This document shows positions 1-8,586 of a DNA stretch of 64,000 nucleotides, in pieces; the stretch's first letter is position 1; each line of letters begins with the position of its first letter. The notes under the pieces are model-generated. The model was not told where the DNA came from. It was given only the letters and a program-made list of their open reading frames with translations, and did not search any database. The stretch is from Clostridia bacterium (GTDB lineage: Bacteria > Bacillota > Clostridia > UMGS1840). Both the position numbers and the translations under genes were made by a program. The DNA is taken from positions 68,438-132,437 of the forward strand of contig JAZUBQ010000001.1 in the NCBI GenBank assembly GCA_045638525.1. The letters run 5' to 3'.

Positions 1-2
1 TT

Positions 3-995
3 ATGAAAGTTGTGGTTGACGGTTTCGGCGGAGATTACGCACCGAAAGAAGTAATTTTCGGGTGTCAGATGGCGCTGGAAGCCCGCGCAGATTTAGAGCT
101 GATTGTTACCGGCGATGAAGCTCTGTTACGGAAGCTGTTAAACGAAGAGGGACACAAAATTTCCGAACGGTTGCAGTTTGTGAATACAACTGAAATTGTG
201 GAAAATGAAGATGATCCCATTTCTGCCATCCGTAGAAAAAAAGATTCTTCTTTGGTGGTGGGACTTCGGCTGGTGAGCGAACAGGCAGGCGATGCTTTTG
301 TCAGCGCCGGAAATACCGGTGCAGTCTTAACCGGAGCAACCCTCATTATCAAACGAATCCAGGGAATCAAACGTGCGGCACTCTGTCCCACCCTTCCCAC
401 CAAAAAAGGAAAGGCTGTCATCATTGACGTTGGTGCAAATGCAGAATGTAAGCCGGAATTTTTCCCTCAGTTTGCGATGATGGGTTCAGTCTATGCCAAA
501 GAAATTTTAGGAATCAAAAATCCAAGAGCAGGGCTTATCAACATCGGTGTGGAACATCACAAAGGGACTTCCACCGTAGTGGAAGCTCACGCCTTATTAA
601 AAGAATCCAAAGACATTACCTTTGTTGGCAATGTGGAAGCCCGTGATATCTTAAACGGCGATGCCGAAGTTTTGGTATCTGACGGATGGACAGGAAATAT
701 TGCACTAAAAACCATAGAAGGCACAGCAAGCACTCTGTTTTATTTCTTAAAACAGGTATTTTACAAAAACACCATCACAAAACTTGCGGCTGCCATTTTA
801 AAGCCGGGACTCTCCACCATTAAAAAAATGTTGGATGCCAAAGAAGTGGGCGGCGCTCCCCTTTTAGGCCTCAATGCTCCCGTTGTGAAAGCACACGGCA
901 ATTCTGACCGTGTCGCCTTTAAAAACGCCATCTTATTTGCAGCCAAACTGGCAGATAAAGACCTTTGCGGCAACATCCGCAAACATCTTTCTTAA
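3..995 (+). CDS. plsX: Phosphate acyltransferase PlsX
   Basis: The 330-aa ORF starts MKVVVDGFGGDYAP, matching the conserved N-terminal GGD motif of PlsX. The length is typical for the family, and it lies directly upstream of acpP as in many Bacillota lipid loci. Confidence 0.85.
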   Translation: MKVVVDGFGGDYAPKEVIFGCQMALEARADLELIVTGDEALLRKLLNEEGHKISERLQFVNTTEIVENEDDPISAIRRKKDSSLVVGLRLVSEQAGDAFVSAGNTGAVLTGATLIIKRIQGIKRAALCPTLPTKKGKAVIIDVGANAECKPEFFPQFAMMGSVYAKEILGIKNPRAGLINIGVEHHKGTSTVVEAHALLKESKDITFVGNVEARDILNGDAEVLVSDGWTGNIALKTIEGTASTLFYFLKQVFYKNTITKLAAAILKPGLSTIKKMLDAKEVGGAPLLGLNAPVVKAHGNSDRVAFKNAILFAAKLADKDLCGNIRKHLS

Positions 996-1044
996 TTTTT
1001 TGTTATAAAAATAATGATACATATAAAGGAGGTTACAACATAGT

Positions 1045-1269
1045 ATGTTCGATCGGGTAAAAGACATTATCGTGGAACAGCTGGGAATTGATGCAGACAA
1101 AGTAACTGCAGATTCTACCCTGGTTGACGATTTAGGTGCAGATTCCCTGGATGTAGTGGAACTCATTATGGCTTTTTCTGATGAATTCGGAATTGATATT
1201 CCGGATGATGCAGCTGAAAAAATCAGCACCGTTTCCGATGTGGTTAACTATTTAAAAGAAAACGTGTAA
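1045..1269 (+). CDS. acpP: Acyl carrier protein
   Basis: The 74-aa acidic protein carries [25 protein letters not shown], where the DSL serine is the phosphopantetheine attachment site. An AGGAGG-like RBS (aaaggagg) lies upstream. Confidence 0.9.
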   Translation: MFDRVKDIIVEQLGIDADKVTADSTLVDDLGADSLDVVELIMAFSDEFGIDIPDDAAEKISTVSDVVNYLKENV

Positions 1270-1305
1270 ACCACAAAAAACGGTGACCTATCATAAAAAG
1301 ATAAC

Positions 1306-1348
1306 AAAAAGACTGTGTAAAATCTGATTTTTTACACAGTCTTTTTTG
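1306..1348 (+). terminator. Intrinsic terminator after acpP
   Basis: Perfect stem gactgtgtaaaa / ttttacacagtc (1311-1322 / 1330-1341) is followed by a T6 run. Confidence 0.7.
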
Positions 1349-1601
1349 TGGTCTGTTTCTTAAAGCAAAGCATTTACGGGCGGTTCGTAAACCGCCCCTA
1401 CAAGCCTTCTCCACAAAACGAGAAGATGCCAAATGCAACGAATTTGACGAATATGGTGTCCAATCGCAGAACAGCCTTTCAAATGTTTAGAAAATGCACA
1501 ATAACGGTTTGTCGGAAACCGTCAACCCCTACAACATCTCACCACATACGACGAATTCTCTGAAAAAGCGAAAATCCTTTTTAAAAAAACTATCGCAATT
1601 T

Positions 1602-4082
1602 CTATTGCACCGGTGTTGCCTCAATCACAGGAGAAATGTTTTCTAAATTATCAAACACCAGAACCTTTGCCGTGGTGTAATCTTGATTCGGAATAAAATA
1701 GTAAGTTTCCTGCCCTTCCAATTTCGTCACAGGCTCAAAATAGGACAACACGTCCCCATGATAACAAGCCAAAATAATTTCACTTCCAGCAGGGATATTT
1801 TTAGTTGTCACCTGAATAGTTTTCTGGTTGTTTACTATGGATGTTTGAGCAGTAACAACCAGCGGTACATAATTATAATGGATGGTTGCATTGGTCAACG
1901 GTTTATTGGAGTTCCCAATAGAAATCTTCTGCCATTCTGCTTCACTTCCGGTATAATATACATCAGTTAAACTGTCACAACTCCAAAATGTACCAGAATC
2001 AATGGTCGTTACTCCCTTCGAAATCACTACACTCACTAAGCTGTCGCAATCAGAAAACACATACCTTCCAATGGTTGAAACACTGTCACCCATACTTACC
2101 ATCGTTAAATGGTCGCAAGCACAAAACGCATAATCGCCTATAGTTGTTACACTATCCCCTATGGTTACATTTGTTAAACGGTCGCAATTATAAAACGCAT
2201 AGCTACCTATGCTCACCACACTAGTCGGAATAGTATAACTTGTATTCAGATTACCAATTGCATATTGGATTAAAGTAGTTTGATTTTTATCAAATAAATT
2301 TCCATCTACGGAACTGTAATTGAAGTTACCTTCCGTTACAATGATATCAGTTAAACTACCACAATCACGAAATGCACCATTTCCTATTGATGTTACACCG
2401 GTTCCTATAACAACGCTTGCAATACCATTACAATCGTAAAATGCATACGCTCCGATGATTGTGACACTATTTGGAATGATTACATCAGTTAAGCTATCAC
2501 AATTATGAAATGCATAATTTCCAATCTCTGCAACACTTTCTCCCAGCATTACATCAGTTAAACCACCACAAGAAGAAAACGCATGTGTTCCTATTGTTGT
2601 GACACTATCCCCTATGATTACATTCGTTAAACGGTCGCAATTATAAAACGCATAGTCTCCAATCGTTGCAACGCTGTTTGCTATGGTTACATTCGTTAAA
2701 TGATAGCAATCAGAAAATGCATATGTTCCAATTGCTGCAACACTATTAGTTGCACCGGTCACACTGTTTCCTATGGTTACACTTGTCAAACGGTCGCAAT
2801 CATAAAACGCATAGTCTCCAATCTCTGCAACGCTGTTCGGAATGGTAACATCAGTTAAAGCATTACAATTTGAAAATGCATAGTCACCTATGGTAGCAAC
2901 ACTGTCTCCTATGGTTATACTCAAAACGCTGTTACAATAATAAAATGCGTAATCGCCTATGGTTGTGACACTATTTCCTATGATTATACTTTTTGCACCA
3001 TCGCAATAATAAAACGCATAATTACCTATAGTTGTAACGCTGTCTGAAACGACGATACTCGTTAAGCCGTCACAATAATAAAACGCATAATCGCCAATGG
3101 TTTTGACACCGGTTCCTATAACAACGCTTGCAATACCATCACAATCGTAAAATGCATTCTTTCCGATGGTTGTGACACTATTTGGAATGATTACATCAGT
3201 TAAGCTATCACAATTACGAAATGCGTAGTCGCCTATGGTTGTTACACTTTCCCCTATGGTAAAACTTGCAATACCATTACAATCGTAAAATGCATACTTT
3301 CCAATGGTTGTGACACTATTTGGAATGCTTACATCAGTTAAGCTATCACAATCACGAAACGCATGATCACCTATGGTTATTACACCACTTTCCATAGTCA
3401 CATTCATCAAGCTTTCACAACACTCAAATGCAGAAGTATCGATGGTTATTACGTTGGCTGGAATAATTACGTCAGTTAAGCGCTTGCAATCCTGAAACGC
3501 ACACTTTCCAATCGTTGTGACACTTTTTGGAATAGAATAGCGTGTATCAATCTTCCCACTTGCATATTGAATTAAAGTGGTTTGATTTTTGTTAAATAAA
3601 GTTCCGTTCACAGAACTAAAAATCGCATTGCCTTCGGTCACAATAATATCAGTTAAGCTGTCGCAATCACCAAATGCAGAAGCGCCTATCGTTGTTACAG
3701 CATCCGGAATGGTGATATCAGTTAAGCTGTCGCAATCACCAAATGCAGAAGCGCCTATGGTAGTAACACTGTTCCCTATCATTACACTTGTTAAGTTGTT
3801 GCAATCATCGAACGCATGCTTTCCGATGCTGAGAACCCCATCTTCAATAACTAAAGTCTTCACTGTTTCTCGAACATCATACCAAGGCGTTTTCGAGGAA
3901 GCAGTATAATTCGTCATTCCATTACTTCCTCTGATGGTCAAAACACCATTATCGTCTAATTTCCAAAACACTCTACTACCGCAACTTCCGCTGGTTGCTG
4001 CAGTGGCAGTCATAGGTGCAATCACCGAGAAACTTGTCAACAAACAAAACATTAAAACAAAAGATAACAGCTTATGTTTCAT
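1602..4082 (-). CDS. Secreted BspA-type leucine-rich-repeat (LRR_5-like) surface protein, about 30 Cys-containing 23-aa repeats
   Basis: A signal peptide (MKHKLLSFVLMFCLLTSFSVIAPMTATA) precedes tandem repeats of the form SVTTIGDYAFYxCxxLTxVxI. I moved the start to the ATG at 4082 because GGGAGG sits 7 nt upstream; the ORF track begins 5 codons earlier at a non-ATG codon. Confidence 0.8.
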   Translation of the reverse strand: MKHKLLSFVLMFCLLTSFSVIAPMTATAATSGSCGSRVFWKLDDNGVLTIRGSNGMTNYTASSKTPWYDVRETVKTLVIEDGVLSIGKHAFDDCNNLTSVMIGNSVTTIGASAFGDCDSLTDITIPDAVTTIGASAFGDCDSLTDIIVTEGNAIFSSVNGTLFNKNQTTLIQYASGKIDTRYSIPKSVTTIGKCAFQDCKRLTDVIIPANVITIDTSAFECCESLMNVTMESGVITIGDHAFRDCDSLTDVSIPNSVTTIGKYAFYDCNGIASFTIGESVTTIGDYAFRNCDSLTDVIIPNSVTTIGKNAFYDCDGIASVVIGTGVKTIGDYAFYYCDGLTSIVVSDSVTTIGNYAFYYCDGAKSIIIGNSVTTIGDYAFYYCNSVLSITIGDSVATIGDYAFSNCNALTDVTIPNSVAEIGDYAFYDCDRLTSVTIGNSVTGATNSVAAIGTYAFSDCYHLTNVTIANSVATIGDYAFYNCDRLTNVIIGDSVTTIGTHAFSSCGGLTDVMLGESVAEIGNYAFHNCDSLTDVIIPNSVTIIGAYAFYDCNGIASVVIGTGVTSIGNGAFRDCGSLTDIIVTEGNFNYSSVDGNLFDKNQTTLIQYAIGNLNTSYTIPTSVVSIGSYAFYNCDRLTNVTIGDSVTTIGDYAFCACDHLTMVSMGDSVSTIGRYVFSDCDSLVSVVISKGVTTIDSGTFWSCDSLTDVYYTGSEAEWQKISIGNSNKPLTNATIHYNYVPLVVTAQTSIVNNQKTIQVTTKNIPAGSEIILACYHGDVLSYFEPVTKLEGQETYYFIPNQDYTTAKVLVFDNLENISPVIEATPVQ
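3646..3758 (-). repeat. Perfect 44-nt direct repeat with a 69-nt (one LRR unit) period inside the LRR gene
   Basis: The sequence atatcagttaagctgtcgcaatcaccaaatgcagaagcgcctat occurs at 3646-3689 and again at 3715-3758. Confidence 0.9.
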
Positions 4083-4168
4083 ACAACAGCCTCCCAAAAA
4101 ATAAAATATAAATTTGAGTCAATTATACCACACCAATTGGAAAATGTCCACGTTTTTTCAAAAAAAGA

Positions 4169-4197
4169 TTGTAATTTTCCGGTGTTTACGATATACT
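4169..4197 (+). promoter_or_regulatory. Candidate sigma-A promoter for cinA
   Basis: TTGTAA (4169-4174), a 17-nt spacer and TATACT (4192-4197) lie about 40 nt upstream of the cinA ATG. Confidence 0.4.
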
Positions 4198-4235
4198 ATA
4201 GGTAGTAATTATGCAAAATTTCGGGAGGAATTTTT

Positions 4236-5489
4236 ATGAAGTGTGCAATCATTGCCATCGGAGCCGAAGTGGTTTCCGGGGATATTTTAAACACCAACGG
4301 TGTCACCATTGCCAACTTTTTAAAGCCATACGGCGTCAAAACCGTAATGCAAATGTCGGTGGACGACTGTAAAAAAGATATTGTACAAGCCATCAAACGT
4401 GGCTTAAAAAAGGCAGATTTGGTGATTACCACCGGCGGACTTGGTCCCACTTACGACGACATTACAAAAAAAGCAGTGGCAAAAGCTTTGGATCGGGAGT
4501 TGGTTCGGGATGAATATTCGGTAGAAATGCTGAATCTGTATTTTCGTCGTTCGGGAAGAGATATGCCCCTCTCCAACTTAAGCCAATGCGATTTCCCAAA
4601 GGGTTCTCAGATTATTCAGAATCCCAACGGCACTGCCCCCGCAAGCATCACCGGCACAAAGGAAGGAACGGTGATTATGCTCCCCGGTCCTCCCATCGAG
4701 GTAAAAGCACTGCTTCATACCGAAGAAATGCTGTCCTATTTTGAATCCTTAAAACAGGGAGAAATTTTAGAAACCACCTTAAAATTTTTCGGCATCGGGG
4801 AATCCCGTCTGGAAGAAGTCGTAAAAGACTATATGAAAAAAGAAAAAAATCTCATTCTTGCACCCTATGCAAAAACGGGAGAAGTTCAGCTGAAAATCAC
4901 CGCAATGGGAAAAACCAAAGAAGAGACAATCACTTTAACAAAAAATTTAAAAGAAAAATTGTATGAACTGGTGGGCGAATATATCTATGCCGAAGGTGAT
5001 TGCAAATTAGAAGAAGTGCTGCTGGATTCGCTCAAACAAAAAAATCAAACTCTGGCAACTGCAGAATCCTGCACAGGAGGAATGATTGGACAGATGATTA
5101 CCGCCATTCCAGGCTCCTCTGAACATTATCTGGGTGGTGCCGTCACCTATTCCAATGAATTAAAGCAAAAAATCTGTCACGTCAGCGAAGAAACTCTTTC
5201 GGAATACGGTGCCGTTTCCAAAGGAACTGCCTGCGAAATGGCAGAGGGAATCCGAACCTTCACAGGAGCCGACATCGGAATTTCCGTTACAGGAATTGCA
5301 GGTCCCGGCGGCGGAACCGAAGATAAACCGGTGGGACTGGTGTATATCGGCGTTTCCACCAAAGAAAAAACCGATGCCTTTCGTTTCAACTTTGTGGGCA
5401 ATCGGGAAAAAATCCGTCAATTAAGTGCAAAAAATGCACTCTATCTGGCACTTACCGCCTCAAAATCCCTATGCGAAAACAAAAAATAG
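4236..5489 (+). CDS. cinA: Competence/damage-inducible protein CinA (MoCF-like N-domain plus PncC-type nicotinamide-nucleotide amidohydrolase C-domain)
   Basis: The N-terminus MKCAIIAIGAEVVSGDILNTNG and the C-domain motif ATAESCTGGMIGQMITAIPGSSEHYLGGAVTYSN match CinA. It sits directly upstream of recA in the classic cinA-recA arrangement. Confidence 0.85.
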   Translation: MKCAIIAIGAEVVSGDILNTNGVTIANFLKPYGVKTVMQMSVDDCKKDIVQAIKRGLKKADLVITTGGLGPTYDDITKKAVAKALDRELVRDEYSVEMLNLYFRRSGRDMPLSNLSQCDFPKGSQIIQNPNGTAPASITGTKEGTVIMLPGPPIEVKALLHTEEMLSYFESLKQGEILETTLKFFGIGESRLEEVVKDYMKKEKNLILAPYAKTGEVQLKITAMGKTKEETITLTKNLKEKLYELVGEYIYAEGDCKLEEVLLDSLKQKNQTLATAESCTGGMIGQMITAIPGSSEHYLGGAVTYSNELKQKICHVSEETLSEYGAVSKGTACEMAEGIRTFTGADIGISVTGIAGPGGGTEDKPVGLVYIGVSTKEKTDAFRFNFVGNREKIRQLSAKNALYLALTASKSLCENKK

Positions 5490-5500
5490 AACATTTGTTC
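5489..5500 (+). promoter_or_regulatory. Cheo-type SOS box (LexA operator) GAACATTTGTTC
   Basis: A perfect GAAC-N4-GTTC palindrome, flanked aGAACatttGTTCg, lies 20 nt upstream of the recA -35 element and overlaps the last base of the cinA stop codon. Confidence 0.6.
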
Positions 5501-5519
5501 GTTTTTTGACTAAAATCTA

Positions 5520-5547
5520 TTGACATTTTTCGATTTTTTGTTATAAT
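5520..5547 (+). promoter_or_regulatory. recA promoter (consensus -35, extended -10)
   Basis: TTGACA (5520-5525), a 16-nt spacer and TGtTATAAT (TATAAT at 5542-5547). Confidence 0.55.
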
Positions 5548-5595
5548 GAGAGTATCAAGATAGGAAATCCTTAGGTGAGAAAGGAATGAAAAAGA

Positions 5596-6603
5596 ATGGA
5601 TATGGATATGGAAAAACGAAAAGAAGACCGCCAGAAAGCCTTAGCGGCTGCTATGGCACAATTAGATAAACAATTTGGGAAAGGAACCGTAATGCGTCTG
5701 GGCGAAAATTTGTCGATGGATGTGGATGTTATCCCCACCGGCATTATGACCTTAGACCGTGCCACCGGCGTAGGCGGTGTTCCCAGAGGTCGTGTGATTG
5801 AAATTTATGGCCCGGAAAGTTCGGGGAAAACCACCGTTGCTCTGACCATTATTGCAGAAGCTCAGAAAAACGGCGGCGAAGCGGCATTTATTGATGCGGA
5901 ACACGCATTGGATCCCATCTATGCAAAACGGTTGGGAGTGGATATTGATTCTCTGCTCATTTCTCAGCCGGATACCGGAGAACAAGCTTTGGAAATCTGT
6001 GAAGCTCTGGTTCGAAGCAATGCATTGGATGTTATTGTCATTGACTCGGTTGCGGCATTGGTGCCCCGTCAGGAAATCGAAGGGGATATGGGAGATTCTC
6101 ATGTTGGACTTCAGGCAAGACTGATGTCTCAGGCACTTCGTAAATTAACCAGTGTCATCAATAAAACCAAAACCACCACCATTTTCATCAATCAGCTTCG
6201 TGAGAAAGTGGGCGTAATGTTTGGAAATCCCGAAACCACCACCGGCGGACGGGCTTTAAAATTCTATTCTTCCATGCGTTTGGATGTTCGTCGTGCCGAA
6301 GCTTTGAAAAACGGTACCGATATTATCGGTAATAAAGTCAAAGTAAAAGTCGTGAAAAACAAAGTTGCACCGCCTTTTAAAGATGCAGAATTTGACATTC
6401 TTTACGGAGAAGGTATCTCCAAAAACGGTATGCTGCTTGACTTAGGCGTGGAAGCCGGCATTGTGGAAAAAAGCGGTGCCTGGTATAATTATGGCGAAAT
6501 GCGTCTGGGTCAGGGCAGAGAAAACGCCCGTATGTACTTAAACGATAATCCGGAACTTGCAAAAGAAATCGAAGAAAAAATCCGAGACAGTTGGGATGAT
6601 TAA
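5596..6603 (+). CDS. recA: Recombinase RecA
   Basis: Contains Walker [10 protein letters not shown] and the blocks IDAEHALDP and [10 protein letters not shown], and is collinear with RecA over its full length. The choice among the clustered start-proximal ATGs (MDMDME) is uncertain by a few codons. Confidence 0.97.
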   Translation: MDMDMEKRKEDRQKALAAAMAQLDKQFGKGTVMRLGENLSMDVDVIPTGIMTLDRATGVGGVPRGRVIEIYGPESSGKTTVALTIIAEAQKNGGEAAFIDAEHALDPIYAKRLGVDIDSLLISQPDTGEQALEICEALVRSNALDVIVIDSVAALVPRQEIEGDMGDSHVGLQARLMSQALRKLTSVINKTKTTTIFINQLREKVGVMFGNPETTTGGRALKFYSSMRLDVRRAEALKNGTDIIGNKVKVKVVKNKVAPPFKDAEFDILYGEGISKNGMLLDLGVEAGIVEKSGAWYNYGEMRLGQGRENARMYLNDNPELAKEIEEKIRDSWDD

Positions 6604-6834
6604 ATAGTTCCAACTGACAAATAAGATAATACCGAAATTATTGTTTTACCAAAAATAATATTTTTTGTGTTGATTTTTGACGGCGAATATGATATAATGA
6701 AATTGTATTATCATATTTTTGATGTGAATGGTTGCCTCTTGTGTTTGCGGGTGCCGAATTTCAAAAAAATATGCTATAATAAAAAAGAATTTCATATCTT
6801 CACACAAAGTGTTGGCTGTGCCTTAAAAGGCTCT

Positions 6835-7020
6835 TGAAGCAAGGTATAGCCAATGTAAAGGGAATGGGGTGTGAATCCCCTGCGGTTAACTGTCGGTGTA
6901 TGTGTCGAAGTTTTTATGTTCGTCGGTGAAAGCCGGTCATTGGGAAACTGAGAAGGCAGAGCATAAAAATGCAAGGTTTGCTAACCTTATATGGCATAAG
7001 TCACAAGACCTGCTTTGGTG
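6835..7020 (+). promoter_or_regulatory. Cobalamin (B12) riboswitch aptamer
   Basis: The conserved core aaaGGGAAtgGGGTGtGAATCCCctgCGGttaaCTGTcgg is present, together with a B12 box ataAGTCAcaAGACCTGCtt at about 6998-7017. It lies upstream of a corrinoid adenosyltransferase/ECF transporter operon. Both boundaries are approximate. Confidence 0.75.
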
Positions 7021-7054
7021 TTATCTTAATCGAAAGGCTTAAGATAATGTTTTT
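7021..7054 (+). terminator. First hairpin of the riboswitch expression platform
   Basis: Stem ttatcttaa / ttaagataa (7021-7029 / 7039-7047) is followed by tgttttt. The stem is AT-rich, so this is weak as a stand-alone terminator. Confidence 0.4.
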
Positions 7055-7111
7055 GAGTATTATCATCGGATATTAAAATACTCAAATTGTGAAAATCACA
7101 GAAAAACTCAG

Positions 7112-7158
7112 CTGTGGTAATTTTTCAAGAAGGAAAATTACCGCAGTTTTTTATTTTT
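7112..7158 (+). terminator. Leader terminator, probably the riboswitch OFF-state terminator
   Basis: A 13-bp stem ctgtggtaatttt / aaaattaccgcag (7112-7124 / 7134-7146, one G-U pair) is followed by ttttttattttt. It ends 27 nt before the AAGGAG RBS and ATG of the first gene. Confidence 0.65.
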
Positions 7159-7184
7159 GGTAACATCATAAGGAGATTCACGTT

Positions 7185-7697
7185 ATGATACAGACTTATT
7201 TTGGAAACGGAAAAGGAAAAACCTCTGCCGCTGTGGGTTCGGCAATCCGCTGTGCCGGCACCGGTAATCAAGTGCTGTTTGTGGAGTTTTTAAAAAACAA
7301 CGATTCCGCAGAATTTAATATTTTTAAAAAAATCGACAACATTGACATTTTATATTCCGATACACCATATCATTTGTATGATAATTTTAAAAAAGAACAA
7401 ACCGAACTCTTTACCAAAGCATACAATAAGCTTCTGTTTTCGGATGCAATGAAAAGCATCAGTACCTACCAGATGATAATTTTAGATGAAATTTTAGATG
7501 CCGTTGTGTTTGGATATATCAAAGAAGATGCCCTTCTGGATTTACTTTCCAAACTGAAAGACCGAATGGAAATTATCCTGACAGGACATCAGCTGCCCGA
7601 AAAAATAGAAGCGATATCTGATTACATCTCCGAAGTAAAAGCCATCAGACATCCCTACCAAAAGGGAATTTCATCACGAAAAGGAATTGAATTTTAA
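7185..7697 (+). CDS. cobO: Cob(I)alamin/cob(I)yrinic acid a,c-diamide adenosyltransferase (CobA/CobO/BtuR family)
   Basis: A 170-aa protein with the family P-loop YFGNGKGKTSAAVGSAIRCAGTGNQVLFVEFLK. It follows the B12 riboswitch. Confidence 0.8.
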   Translation: MIQTYFGNGKGKTSAAVGSAIRCAGTGNQVLFVEFLKNNDSAEFNIFKKIDNIDILYSDTPYHLYDNFKKEQTELFTKAYNKLLFSDAMKSISTYQMIILDEILDAVVFGYIKEDALLDLLSKLKDRMEIILTGHQLPEKIEAISDYISEVKAIRHPYQKGISSRKGIEF

Positions 7698-7698
7698 T

Positions 7699-8586
7699 AT
7701 GAATGAATTTAAAACCTATCATCCGATTGTGAATTTTACCTATTTTGTGCTGGTTATCGGTTTTTCCTGCTTTTTTATGCATCCACTCTGCCTTTTGATT
7801 TCTCTGACAGCCGCTTTCACCTACTCTGTCATCCTAAAGGGTCCTGTGCAAGTGAAGAAAAATTTACTTTATATGCTTCCTATGTTTGTCATTATGGCAC
7901 TGATGAATCCTGCTTTCAATCATCAGGGTATTACGATTCTCACCTATCTGCCCAGCGGAAATCCCCTGACGTTAGAATCCATTCTATACGGACTTTGCAC
8001 TGCGGTGATGATTGTGGAAGTCATCTGCCACTTTTACTGCTACAATGAAGTAATGACCAGCGATAAGTTTATTTATCTGTTTGGAAAAATCATACCGTCG
8101 CTATCTTTAATCCTTTCCATGACCCTACGATTTGTTCCCAAATTCACCAATCAGCTGAAAATCGTTGTCAACGCCCAAAAATGTATGGGACGCGACATCT
8201 CGGAAGGAAGCCTCATAAAACGTGCAAAATGCGGACTGAATATTCTCTCAATTCTTACTACCTGGTCACTGGAAAATGCCATTGAAACAGCTGACAGTAT
8301 GAAAGCCAGAGGGTATGGACTTCCGGGGCGAAGTGCCTTTTCTATCTTTACCTTTGATAAACGGGACAAAAAAGCTCTTAGCGGAATTTTATTAACAGGT
8401 GCATACATCTTGTTTGGAACTCTGATGGGAGAACTGCAATTTCAGTTTTTTCCAACCATCCAAATGACAGATGTTTCTGCATTTGGAATCAGTGTACTGG
8501 TTGCATATTTTTTGCTGTGTATGACTCCTGTCATCATTGAAATCAAGGAGGTGAGAAAATGGAAAATTTTGCAGTCGAACATGTAA
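7699..8586 (+). CDS. ECF transporter transmembrane (T, CbiQ/EcfT-like) component
   Basis: A polytopic membrane protein with the coupling-helix motif ETADSMKARGYG. I chose the ATG at 7699, 1 nt after the cobO stop; the ORF track's TTG at 7687 is only 1 nt from the AAGGA. The start is uncertain by 4 codons. Confidence 0.75.
   Translation: MNEFKTYHPIVNFTYFVLVIGFSCFFMHPLCLLISLTAAFTYSVILKGPVQVKKNLLYMLPMFVIMALMNPAFNHQGITILTYLPSGNPLTLESILYGLCTAVMIVEVICHFYCYNEVMTSDKFIYLFGKIIPSLSLILSMTLRFVPKFTNQLKIVVNAQKCMGRDISEGSLIKRAKCGLNILSILTTWSLENAIETADSMKARGYGLPGRSAFSIFTFDKRDKKALSGILLTGAYILFGTLMGELQFQFFPTIQMTDVSAFGISVLVAYFLLCMTPVIIEIKEVRKWKILQSNM

Noticed and set aside
1376-1402. A tRNA-like T-arm (GGGCGGTTCGTAAACCGCCC) suggesting a tRNA or tRNA fragment.
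   Set aside because: The loop is 8 nt rather than 7. I could find no acceptor, D or anticodon arms around it, and there is no CCA or discriminator context. It is probably just a hairpin of the local repeat.
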